A DNA stretch of 61,534 bases from the IMG/VR virus record IMGVR_UViG_3300042539_001144, positions 1 through 61,534 of that record. One strand, given 5' to 3'. Below are positions 25,322-33,504 of the stretch, piece after piece. Position 1 is the first letter of the stretch. Each line of letters begins with the position of its first letter. Under the pieces are notes generated by a model that saw nothing but the letters and a program-made list of their open reading frames with translations, made no database searches and was not told where the DNA came from. The DNA comes from a virus (Duplodnaviria; Caudoviricetes). The position numbers and the translations under genes are program-made.

Positions 25322-27805
25322 TCACTCCACTGCTGCGGAGTCGTCTGAGCCCACGCCACCAGCAGCGGGCGGCCTCGTGCCTCGGAATCGGTGATACCAC
25401 TTGGCTGCGTATGCTCTGTCCTTGATGCCGTGCTGGCGCGCCAGATCAATGAACTCTCTCTCGGAGAGCGGCGGCGGAGCAGGCTTGCCAGCCGCAGTCG
25501 CGGCCTCCACCTCCTGCTGCTTCCCGATCACCATCTTCCAGAAGAAGAACGCTTCGGCAGAGCCCGACGAGACGCTGCCGCTGGCGAGCCGCGACCACGC
25601 ACGGTCTCCGAGCACGCTTCGCACTCGATCCTTCGCGTCGACCTCGCCCATGCCCTGCGCCTCAAGCGCGTGCTGGGCGGCGGCCACCATCGTGTCGAAT
25701 GACGATCCCGGCGGCAGCGAATCGACTGCGTCGTGGACCGTGACGGCGAGCGGGTCTGGCTCCTTCTCTTCCGCCGGAGCCCGACCGCCGCTTGCGTTCG
25801 CCTCCGCCTCGGCCTTGTGACGGGCAGACTCCACCGTGGCGTGGGCGGCCAGTTCGGCCTGCGCCATGGCGGGCTGGCCCATCATGGTGTAGGCGTGAGC
25901 CCGCTGCTGCGGCGTGGAGTTGGGGTCGTCGATGACCTTCCGGGCCGAAGCGGCCATCGCTGCCGGGTGCATGTTGGATTCGCGGTGCCGGTTCGCCGTC
26001 TCGCGCTGGCGGTTGTTGTGCTCCGTGACCGAGTGGATCATGTTCTGCCCGGCCTCGTACACCTCGGGCGACACCATCCCCGTGTCAACGCCCATCTGCT
26101 GGGCGAACGTGTCGAGGTCGATGTTGCGTGCCCGGTACTTGGCCTCGTGGAGCCGATACTTCGCAGCGGCGGCCTTGAACTTGCGGTCCATCATGTCGGC
26201 CGCTTCCTGCGGCGGAGGCCCCTTCGCGCCCGACTCCAAGTGCTCGGCGAGCGCGGCCTCACCAGCGGCGTCGGCAGCGGCACGATCCGCCACGTTGCGA
26301 CGACCGGCGGCGAGATGAGCGGGCTCGGCGGGCGGAGGAGCCTTGGCCTCGGCATCCTTGGCCGCGAATGCTGCGAGGAGGGCCACATCCTCCGCGGCAG
26401 CCTTGGCCGCGGGCGGGATGTCGGCCACAGGCGCGGGCTCCGGGTTCACGCCCATCGCGATGTTGTGGGCATCGACGGCGCTCTGGCGGGCAGCGTCACG
26501 ATCCTTGCCGCGTCGAGCAGCGAGCCGTGCTCCGCCCATGCCGTCAGGGCCGCGGTGCTCGGGGAAGGCCATCTCGGGGGCGAAGCGGTTCTCGTACGCG
26601 CCGACGCCGTGCTTCTTCGCGAAGTCTTCCTTCTCGTCCTCGAAGTCGACCTTCTCGTTGTGCTCGGCAACGCGGCCCTCGAACTTCTTCTTCGAGTCGT
26701 CGTCGAGGTACGTGTACTCGATCGAGACCTTGTGGCCCGTCGCGGTCTGAATCTTGACCGTGCCGGTCTCCGGATCGTAGGAGTGAATCTGGCCGTCGAA
26801 CGCATGGGCGCCGTCGCGGGTGGCGAACCGCTCGAACCCGGGGACCGGGGGCTTCCGAGGATCAACTCGCGGAGCCGGTCCCTTCGGGGGTGGCGGCGGG
26901 ATGCGGCCGGGCCGACCGTTACCGGCCGCAGGTGCCGGAGGCAGCCCCGGCTCGACCGGCCGCTGGGGGCCTCGCGCCGGAGTCTTCATGCCGATCGTCG
27001 GATTCGGCACCATGGCGAGGGGCGTCTCCGTACCGGCGACGGCCGCGGGCATGACGCGGTTCGCGGGCTTCTGGCCCTCGACGCCACCTGCGAACCTGCC
27101 GCCGCCGGGCACGGCCCACCGGGCCGCCGGGGTGTTTTGCAGGGCTTCCACCGCAAGCGGATGTGCCTTCGAGTTGGGGTCGTTCGCGACGATGATCCGG
27201 AGTTGCTCGCCAGCCCACGCCAAAGGGTCGGGCATCCCGGCCGCGTCGGCTGCATCGACGAGTTTGGTGTAGAGCCAATCCTTGCCGATCACATGCATGT
27301 CTTGTCTGGTCCGCTCGCGCGGATCGTCGGGACGCGCTGCCTGCCGAGCGGGCGCTTGCCGAGGCGCAGGCGCGTTGGGCGCTGCCCTTGGAGGGGCGGG
27401 CTGCGCAGCAGGTGGCGGTGCGGCCGGTCTGGCGGCGGGCCGAGGGGAGTAGTTCGGCGCCCTCTTCGGATCGCCGCTCGTGTTCGGGTAGAGGTTGCGA
27501 CCGGCAGGGTTCGCGGCCATGTCGCCAGCCGTGTACTCGTCGATGCCGACGCCGCTCGGCAGCGGGATGGCGGGGTGCAGGCGCCCCATCGCCCCCGCGT
27601 TCGTGCCGCCGACGAGGGCGTACATGCGGTCGCTGTCGCCAGAGGTGGACGGGCTCCACGGTGCGGGTGCGGGCTTCGGCGCAGAGAGGTCCGTGACGGA
27701 GCCGTCCTCGTTGTAGGACAGCGTCCGGGGAGGCGGCGGGCCGCCCGGCTTCCCCTCACGCTCGGCCTTCATCCGGCGGATGCGATCTTCAGCGGTCTCG
27801 GCCAT
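25322..27805 (-). CDS. Pro/Ala-rich putative virion protein with an SHD1-like domain
   Basis: 827 aa; RFATRDGAHAFDGQI...VKIQTATGHKVSIEYTYLDDDSK. Confidence 0.55.
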   Translation of the reverse strand: MAETAEDRIRRMKAEREGKPGGPPPPRTLSYNEDGSVTDLSAPKPAPAPWSPSTSGDSDRMYALVGGTNAGAMGRLHPAIPLPSGVGIDEYTAGDMAANPAGRNLYPNTSGDPKRAPNYSPRPAARPAAPPPAAQPAPPRAAPNAPAPRQAPARQAARPDDPRERTRQDMHVIGKDWLYTKLVDAADAAGMPDPLAWAGEQLRIIVANDPNSKAHPLAVEALQNTPAARWAVPGGGRFAGGVEGQKPANRVMPAAVAGTETPLAMVPNPTIGMKTPARGPQRPVEPGLPPAPAAGNGRPGRIPPPPPKGPAPRVDPRKPPVPGFERFATRDGAHAFDGQIHSYDPETGTVKIQTATGHKVSIEYTYLDDDSKKKFEGRVAEHNEKVDFEDEKEDFAKKHGVGAYENRFAPEMAFPEHRGPDGMGGARLAARRGKDRDAARQSAVDAHNIAMGVNPEPAPVADIPPAAKAAAEDVALLAAFAAKDAEAKAPPPAEPAHLAAGRRNVADRAAADAAGEAALAEHLESGAKGPPPQEAADMMDRKFKAAAAKYRLHEAKYRARNIDLDTFAQQMGVDTGMVSPEVYEAGQNMIHSVTEHNNRQRETANRHRESNMHPAAMAASARKVIDDPNSTPQQRAHAYTMMGQPAMAQAELAAHATVESARHKAEAEANASGGRAPAEEKEPDPLAVTVHDAVDSLPPGSSFDTMVAAAQHALEAQGMGEVDAKDRVRSVLGDRAWSRLASGSVSSGSAEAFFFWKMVIGKQQEVEAATAAGKPAPPPLSEREFIDLARQHGIKDRAYAAKWYHRFRGTRPPAAGGVGSDDSAAVE

Positions 27806-27812
27806 GCGTCAC

Positions 27813-30800
27813 CTAGTCGGAGTAGATCGAACCGGGCCTGCCGACGCGGGAGTTCTGCGCCCGCAACATGGCCGCGCGAGACCGCTGCGCCCTCGCCTCC
27901 CTTATGGCACGGAGGGCGTCAACCTCATTCATCATCGGGGCGGCTGCGGCCGGAACGTCGGGGGCCACCGCCGGGGCGTCCTCCTCCCAACTCGGCGGCG
28001 GGCCGAGCACGTCCGGAACGGTCGGGAACATGGCCCGATAAGCAAACGGAGCGGCAAGGCCAGTGGTCACGACGGCCCCGGTCGTCCACCTCCCGGGGTT
28101 CTCGGGGACGCTGCGGATGATTCCGCGGATGTTGTTCGCAGTCCTGTCCCAGCCCCGCTCCTCGAACACTGTCGACGGCACCGGCTGCTGCGGGGCGCGC
28201 GGATTCGGGGGCTGGAAGTTCGGGTCGAACGGGTTGTCGGACGGGGTCAGCGAGCCGGGGTTCAGACCCGGCAGCGGGTTCGGGTGCGGAGCGGGCCGCT
28301 GTGCCCGGGGCCGCTGCGGCACGAAGTTCGGGTCGAACGGATCGGCGGCGGGGAACAGCGATCCGGGGGCGAGCCCCGGCAGCGGGTCCTGATGAGGGGC
28401 GGGGCGAACCAACTGCTGCGGCGTGAGGCCGTGGTACTCCGGCCGCATCCCGGCCGTGGAGGACCACGGGTTGCCGGGCGACGGCGGCGGCGGGGCGTCC
28501 GGCCCGAGACGGTCCACGGGCGTGTGGTAGTCGTCGTACCCGATCCGGTTCAGGAAGTCCTCGAACGACTGGTCGGCAACGACGGGACGCTCCGGCCCGA
28601 ACATCGGGAACGGGCCGTAGTCACCTGCCGGTGCGGCGGCGCCACGGCGAGCGAACGGCCAGCGGTTCATGTCGTCGGCCGAGGCGATCACGCTGGCAGG
28701 CGGCTGCGACGGCGGCGGGGCGCTCGGCACAACAGGCGCGGCGGCCCGCCCCTTGCCAGCCCGGGGCGCGGGAGCCCCCTGACCGGCGTCCGGCGTCTTC
28801 TGCGGAGGCGCAGCGGGCGGGGCTCCGGCGGCAGGTGGCGGCTCGGCGGCGGGCGCAGCAGCCTTGCGGGGCTTGCGGGCCGCCTGCTCCCGGCGGACGG
28901 AGGCCGCGAGTTCGCTTTGCGGCGGAACGGCCGCGAGGGCCCCCGGGTCGTACCCGTTCGGGTCGATGCCCATGAGGTCCGCATCGGTCGGCCCGGCGTT
29001 GTCCGTGCCGCGGAGTTCGTCCGCGAACTGGCTCATGCCGACGTCACGGTCGGTGCCGCGGAGGGCGCGCTCCTCGGGGGACCAGCCGCCACGCACCGCC
29101 TCTTGGCGGGACTCAACGGTGGTTCCATCGTCGCGACCTGCCGCCGCCTTCATCTCGGACTTCGGCGGCTGCACGGCGGGCTGGCCGGGGCGGCGCTGGC
29201 GACCCGTGGGAGGCGGAACCGGAGCCAGTTCGGCGTTGGGGTCGCGGATCACCTCATCCCCGTCCCCGTCGGCGGGGGCGGTGGTCACCTTCGTGCGCGG
29301 CGGCTTGCGGCCACCGCCAGACGTTTGGGTGCGAGCAGGCGCAGTGGTGATCGGCGGAAGCGGTTTGGTGACCGGAGCCTCGGTCGATCCGACGCTGGCG
29401 CTGGCCCCTTCGAGCGGCTGCACGGTCCCCTTGTCGACTGACGACGACGGCGAGGACTCGCGGAGCGGGAACTCGTCGCCCGGCTGCGACACGGTGGCGC
29501 CCTGCTTCGGGCCCGGCCGGGCCTTCAGGCGCTGGTCGGCGCGCGACCGAGCGCGATCTCGGAGGAAGTCTTGCAGCGACGGGCTCGGGCCGGGCTCGAC
29601 GGGCGGCCTGCTCACGGGGGTGCGGTCCGAGTCGCCGCGGATTGCCGCCACGTCGGCGTCCTCGACGTACTGCGGCATCTTGTTCGGCGTGCGTCGACCG
29701 TAGCCAGCCACGAGCGCCTGCGCCACTCCATGGACGGCGTCGTTGTTCGCGGTTCGTGAGACCTTGGGGCCAGCGAGGTCTCGGTCAGCGATGGCCTCGC
29801 CGATCCGGTACGCAATCTCGTACGCCTCTTCGTCAGAGTCGGCGGCGGAAATGGCCTGAAGGAAGGACTCGCCCTCCTTGGGGTACACCTTCACGGTCGC
29901 CTGCTGGGCTGCGGCGAACCGATCGGTCGGCGACTGCGTGCTGCTGCCCCCGGTCCGGTTGTACGTCTTGCCGTGATCGATCCGGGCCTCTTCGACCTCG
30001 TCCGGCGAGAGCCGCTTCGCAGACTCGGCGGCGTTGGGATTGAACCCCGCGGCATCGGCTGCGGTGTTCATGCGGCGAACGGAATCGGGGACGGCGTTCC
30101 TGATCTGCTCCTTGGTGCCCGGGACGATCCCCTTCGGCAGGAGGTTGTCGTCGTCGCCGTAGACGCGGCGGCGCCCGGTCCCGTCCACGTTGGCGGCCTG
30201 CTCTGCGGCCCGCACCTTTTTGCGGTCGTAGAGCCCGTCCTTGGTCGTGTCGTTCTTGAAGAGGTCCGGGTCGTCCTTCAGCAACTGCCGGACCTGCGCG
30301 GACGTCATCTTGTCGCCCGCCTTGACCTCGACGGCGCCGTTCTTTCCCCGGAACGTGAAGTCGTACGGGGCGGCTGTGCCTCGTCGCTCATCGATCACCA
30401 AGTTGGTGATGCGCGACAGGTAGCCGTCGGACTGCGGGCCGCCGATCTTGCCGATGCGCGAGTCTCGGGCTCGCGTCTCGGGCTTCAGGGACGTCTCGCT
30501 GATCGGACGCAGCGGAACGGGTCGGTCGATCGTGATCGTGCGGGCCTTGGTCTTCGGCGGATCGAGGTCGTTGGCGTCGATCTCCGGCTCTCGGAGGATC
30601 ACCTCATCGTCCGGGGTGCCGATCTCCGTGGTGCGGGGTGCGACCGGGAGTGCCTTGCTGCCGTCGTCTCCGCCAGCGATCACCTCACTGCCACGGGTCT
30701 CCCTGCCGGTGCCTCGCCAGCCGCCCCGATCGAGCGGCGGGTTGATGTCGAGAGGGCCAGCGCCAGCGGGCCCGGGGTTGCGGCGAGTGCGTCGGTTGAT

Positions 30801-31379
30801 GTCGCCGGGCCGCGTCTTACCCTCGGCTCGGCGCCGGGCGTCGGTCACGTTTTCGAGAGCCCGGCCGGTCTTCGCGACGTCGCGCTTCTCGTTCTTCTCG
30901 CCCTCGACCTCGACCTTCTTGCGCACCGACTCCATGGCCCGGTCGGGCATGTCGTACTCGTCGTTGCCTCCGCGCTTGCCCGGCTCCTCCGGGGCGGTCG
31001 TGGCCTTCGGGGCATCCTTGGCGGGGTCGAAGTCCTTGGGCTTCACGCCGAAGGCGACGTGGTCGAACTGCTGCCCCCACAGTTTGTTCTGCTCGTACAG
31101 GCGGCGGCGTATGACGCCCTTGGTCTTGGCTTGCATGCCGCGGAACTTCTCCTGACCGTCCACGGTCTGAAGCATCTCGTGCAGTTCTTCAGCGGCAGTG
31201 TTCTCCCAGTCGTCGGGCCGGACAGGCTCGGACACGGGCTTGCGTGCGCGCCCACGGCCCTCCGTGCCCGGGGCACGGGGGCTCTTCTTGCCGATCTCGT
31301 CTGCCTTGGCGGCAGCCGCGAGGTTGTCCTCGACGTACCGCTGGATGTTGGTCGCTGCGCCGCGAAGCCCGCCTGCCAT
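27813..31379 (-). CDS. large low-complexity putative virion protein
   Basis: 1188 aa, Pro/Arg/Asp-rich; duplicated PLPGL.PGSL.P..(D/N)PFDPNF. Confidence 0.6.
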   Translation of the reverse strand: MAGGLRGAATNIQRYVEDNLAAAAKADEIGKKSPRAPGTEGRGRARKPVSEPVRPDDWENTAAEELHEMLQTVDGQEKFRGMQAKTKGVIRRRLYEQNKLWGQQFDHVAFGVKPKDFDPAKDAPKATTAPEEPGKRGGNDEYDMPDRAMESVRKKVEVEGEKNEKRDVAKTGRALENVTDARRRAEGKTRPGDINRRTRRNPGPAGAGPLDINPPLDRGGWRGTGRETRGSEVIAGGDDGSKALPVAPRTTEIGTPDDEVILREPEIDANDLDPPKTKARTITIDRPVPLRPISETSLKPETRARDSRIGKIGGPQSDGYLSRITNLVIDERRGTAAPYDFTFRGKNGAVEVKAGDKMTSAQVRQLLKDDPDLFKNDTTKDGLYDRKKVRAAEQAANVDGTGRRRVYGDDDNLLPKGIVPGTKEQIRNAVPDSVRRMNTAADAAGFNPNAAESAKRLSPDEVEEARIDHGKTYNRTGGSSTQSPTDRFAAAQQATVKVYPKEGESFLQAISAADSDEEAYEIAYRIGEAIADRDLAGPKVSRTANNDAVHGVAQALVAGYGRRTPNKMPQYVEDADVAAIRGDSDRTPVSRPPVEPGPSPSLQDFLRDRARSRADQRLKARPGPKQGATVSQPGDEFPLRESSPSSSVDKGTVQPLEGASASVGSTEAPVTKPLPPITTAPARTQTSGGGRKPPRTKVTTAPADGDGDEVIRDPNAELAPVPPPTGRQRRPGQPAVQPPKSEMKAAAGRDDGTTVESRQEAVRGGWSPEERALRGTDRDVGMSQFADELRGTDNAGPTDADLMGIDPNGYDPGALAAVPPQSELAASVRREQAARKPRKAAAPAAEPPPAAGAPPAAPPQKTPDAGQGAPAPRAGKGRAAAPVVPSAPPPSQPPASVIASADDMNRWPFARRGAAAPAGDYGPFPMFGPERPVVADQSFEDFLNRIGYDDYHTPVDRLGPDAPPPPSPGNPWSSTAGMRPEYHGLTPQQLVRPAPHQDPLPGLAPGSLFPAADPFDPNFVPQRPRAQRPAPHPNPLPGLNPGSLTPSDNPFDPNFQPPNPRAPQQPVPSTVFEERGWDRTANNIRGIIRSVPENPGRWTTGAVVTTGLAAPFAYRAMFPTVPDVLGPPPSWEEDAPAVAPDVPAAAAPMMNEVDALRAIREARAQRSRAAMLRAQNSRVGRPGSIYSD

Positions 31380-31382
31380 GTG

Positions 31383-31706
31383 TCAGTCCTTCTTCTTCTT
31401 GAACGGGAACGGCTTCTTGCCCTTCTTGAACGGCGGGGCCTTGCCCTTCTTATTGGGCTCGTCCTCTTCCTCTTCGTCGTCGGCGGCACGCTTGAGGTCT
31501 TCGGGCAGGTCGTCGCTCTCGACCTTCGGAGCCTTCGACCCGCCCTTCTGCTCTTCGTGCAGATCGGCGAGGTCTTCCTTCTCCTTGTCGTCAGCGTCGG
31601 CGTCCTTCTCCTTGACCTTCTCGCTCTTGCCCTCCTTGAGCAGGGCCTGACGGAGAAGGCGCTTGAGCACCGAAGGCTTCAGGTCATCGATGTCGATCGA
31701 GTCCAT
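31383..31706 (-). CDS. highly charged hypothetical protein
   Basis: MDSIDIDDLKP start; D/E/K-rich. Confidence 0.6.
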   Translation of the reverse strand: MDSIDIDDLKPSVLKRLLRQALLKEGKSEKVKEKDADADDKEKEDLADLHEEQKGGSKAPKVESDDLPEDLKRAADDEEEEDEPNKKGKAPPFKKGKKPFPFKKKKD

Positions 31707-31714
31707 GGCGTCCC

Positions 31715-32293
31715 CTAGTTGAAGAGTCCTTGCAGCATTCCCATCTGCTGGTTCATCAGCGCTTTCCGGATGGACTCGGCAGCCTGCGCACCGGCGAACT
31801 GCTGGCCCCAACCGGCCTGCGACATGGCGTGCTGCACCATCGCGAGAGCCTGCGCCTCACGCTCGCGGCCGAACTGGAAGTCCAGCCGCGCCTTCGCGTT
31901 GTTCATCTGGTCCTGCGCGGCGATCCCCGCGGAGTCAGCGCGACCCTGCGAGAGCGCCTGCTGCTGGCCGATCTGCGAGAGGTATCCGGTGCCGCGAGAC
32001 GACCCGAGCCCGTTGCGGGCGGCTTGCTTCTGGAACACCCGCTGGTCGCCCATCATGTGGGCCTGACCCATGCGGTTGTTGATCGCGCTCTGCGTGGAGT
32101 CGGCGGAGATGTACTTGGGAGCAGCCTGCGTCGACTGACCGCCGTACGCGCCGTTGCCGGTCTGCGGCGGCTTCGGGGCCGGGACTCCGATCCGGCCCGG
32201 CGACGGCCCGCCGGGGTATCCGGCCTGCGGCGGCTCCGCCGGGCCGCCGTGGTATCGGGTGGTGCTCGCTCCTTGGTTCTGCGATGCGATCAC
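31715..32293 (-). CDS. Gln/Gly-rich putative virion protein
   Basis: 192 aa; coupled to the upstream gene. Confidence 0.6.
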   Translation of the reverse strand: MIASQNQGASTTRYHGGPAEPPQAGYPGGPSPGRIGVPAPKPPQTGNGAYGGQSTQAAPKYISADSTQSAINNRMGQAHMMGDQRVFQKQAARNGLGSSRGTGYLSQIGQQQALSQGRADSAGIAAQDQMNNAKARLDFQFGREREAQALAMVQHAMSQAGWGQQFAGAQAAESIRKALMNQQMGMLQGLFN

Positions 32294-33027
32294 GACATGC
32301 CCCTCATGCCCATGGAGGCGAGGCCCCCGGCGAAGCCGAGGTTGTTCTTGAGGATGTCCGAGGCCAGACCGATCTGAGCGATGCCGCGCTCGGCGTAGTC
32401 GCCGTAGATTTGGGCGAGGTTGCTCGCGCCCTGCGTGGTGGACTCGGCACGCTTGGCCTGCTGGTCCATAAACAGTTGCTGGTTCTGCGCGTCCACGGCG
32501 CGGCCAATCTGCGAGGCGTCGTTCCGCGACGTGGCCCGCATGAAGGCTGACACGTTGGGGTTCGAGGAACTGCCGGTGTCGAGCAGGCCAGCGAGCACTC
32601 CGCCCTTGCCGATGCCGCCGCCGACGTTGATGCTGCTCTGATAGGAGCCGGTCTGCGGGGTCTGCGGAGTCTTGCCCCCGAGCCCGCCACCGAGACCGGC
32701 GGACCGGCCGCCGTCGGGCCGACCGAGTTTGCGGTTGATGGCTGACTGGGCCTCTTTGTCGCGCCTCTGCTGCTCCTGCCGGATGATGTTCGTCCGGTTC
32801 ATCTGGCTGTCTTGGAGGCGCTTGGCATCTCCAGACGGATGCCCCCAGCCCGAGTGCCGGATGAGTTTGCCGTTTCCGGGCTTGCCGTCCGTCTGCCAGA
32901 CGACGCCGTCGGGGCCCCGAGCGCCCACCAACTTTTCGATCTTCGACAGGTTACGCCACCAGTCCGGCGCTTCCTTTCGGTCGACGGTCGTTCGATGGCC
33001 CCATGGGCCAGTTGCTGCGCCCGACAT
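32290..33027 (-). CDS. Gly-rich putative virion protein
   Basis: AGGAGG RBS; CCCCATAA motif upstream. Confidence 0.6.
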   Translation of the reverse strand: MSGAATGPWGHRTTVDRKEAPDWWRNLSKIEKLVGARGPDGVVWQTDGKPGNGKLIRHSGWGHPSGDAKRLQDSQMNRTNIIRQEQQRRDKEAQSAINRKLGRPDGGRSAGLGGGLGGKTPQTPQTGSYQSSINVGGGIGKGGVLAGLLDTGSSSNPNVSAFMRATSRNDASQIGRAVDAQNQQLFMDQQAKRAESTTQGASNLAQIYGDYAERGIAQIGLASDILKNNLGFAGGLASMGMRGMS

Positions 33028-33060
33028 ACCGCCTCCTGCTATCGTGCTGCTCCGCCCTGT

Positions 33061-33068
33061 TTATGGGG
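33061..33068 (-). promoter_or_regulatory. candidate late promoter -10 element
   Basis: CCCCATAA, intergenic, 33 nt upstream of ATG 33027. Confidence 0.5.
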
Positions 33069-33081
33069 CGGGGCACGGCAT

Positions 33082-33504
33082 TCACGGCAGGGCGCCGGGG
33101 TAGCGGGAGCCGCGGCGAATAGCCAGCGCAATCACCGCTTTCCCCGCGGCGTTTGCGTAGGGGAGTTTCCTCTTGCCAGCCTCCTCGGCCAGCCACGAGG
33201 AGATCAGGTCGACGTTGTCCCGGCACCACTGGATGCCGCGCTGGTCCATTTCTTTGGCCCTGCGGTTGCACTTGCAGCCCGGCTTCGACGTGATCCCGAT
33301 CATCTTCAGCAGGCCCTTGAGGGCGGTCCCTGCTCCCGGCGGAGGCTCGGCCTTCGGGGGCCTGACCCGCGGGTAGGCGGGGTGGGTCTCATCGACAGTC
33401 CAGAGGTCCCCGTGCCGGGCGACGACGCAGGGCTCGACCTCCTGCCATCGGTAGCCACGCTCCTTGCATCGAGCGATGAACAGGTCTCGGTGTCCTGTGA
33501 TCAC
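33082..33504 (-). CDS. conserved phage protein
   Basis: GAGTALKGLL..IGI...GCKCNRRAKEMD.RG..WC; coupled to the Cys-rich gene. Confidence 0.7.
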   Translation of the reverse strand: MITGHRDLFIARCKERGYRWQEVEPCVVARHGDLWTVDETHPAYPRVRPPKAEPPPGAGTALKGLLKMIGITSKPGCKCNRRAKEMDQRGIQWCRDNVDLISSWLAEEAGKRKLPYANAAGKAVIALAIRRGSRYPGALP

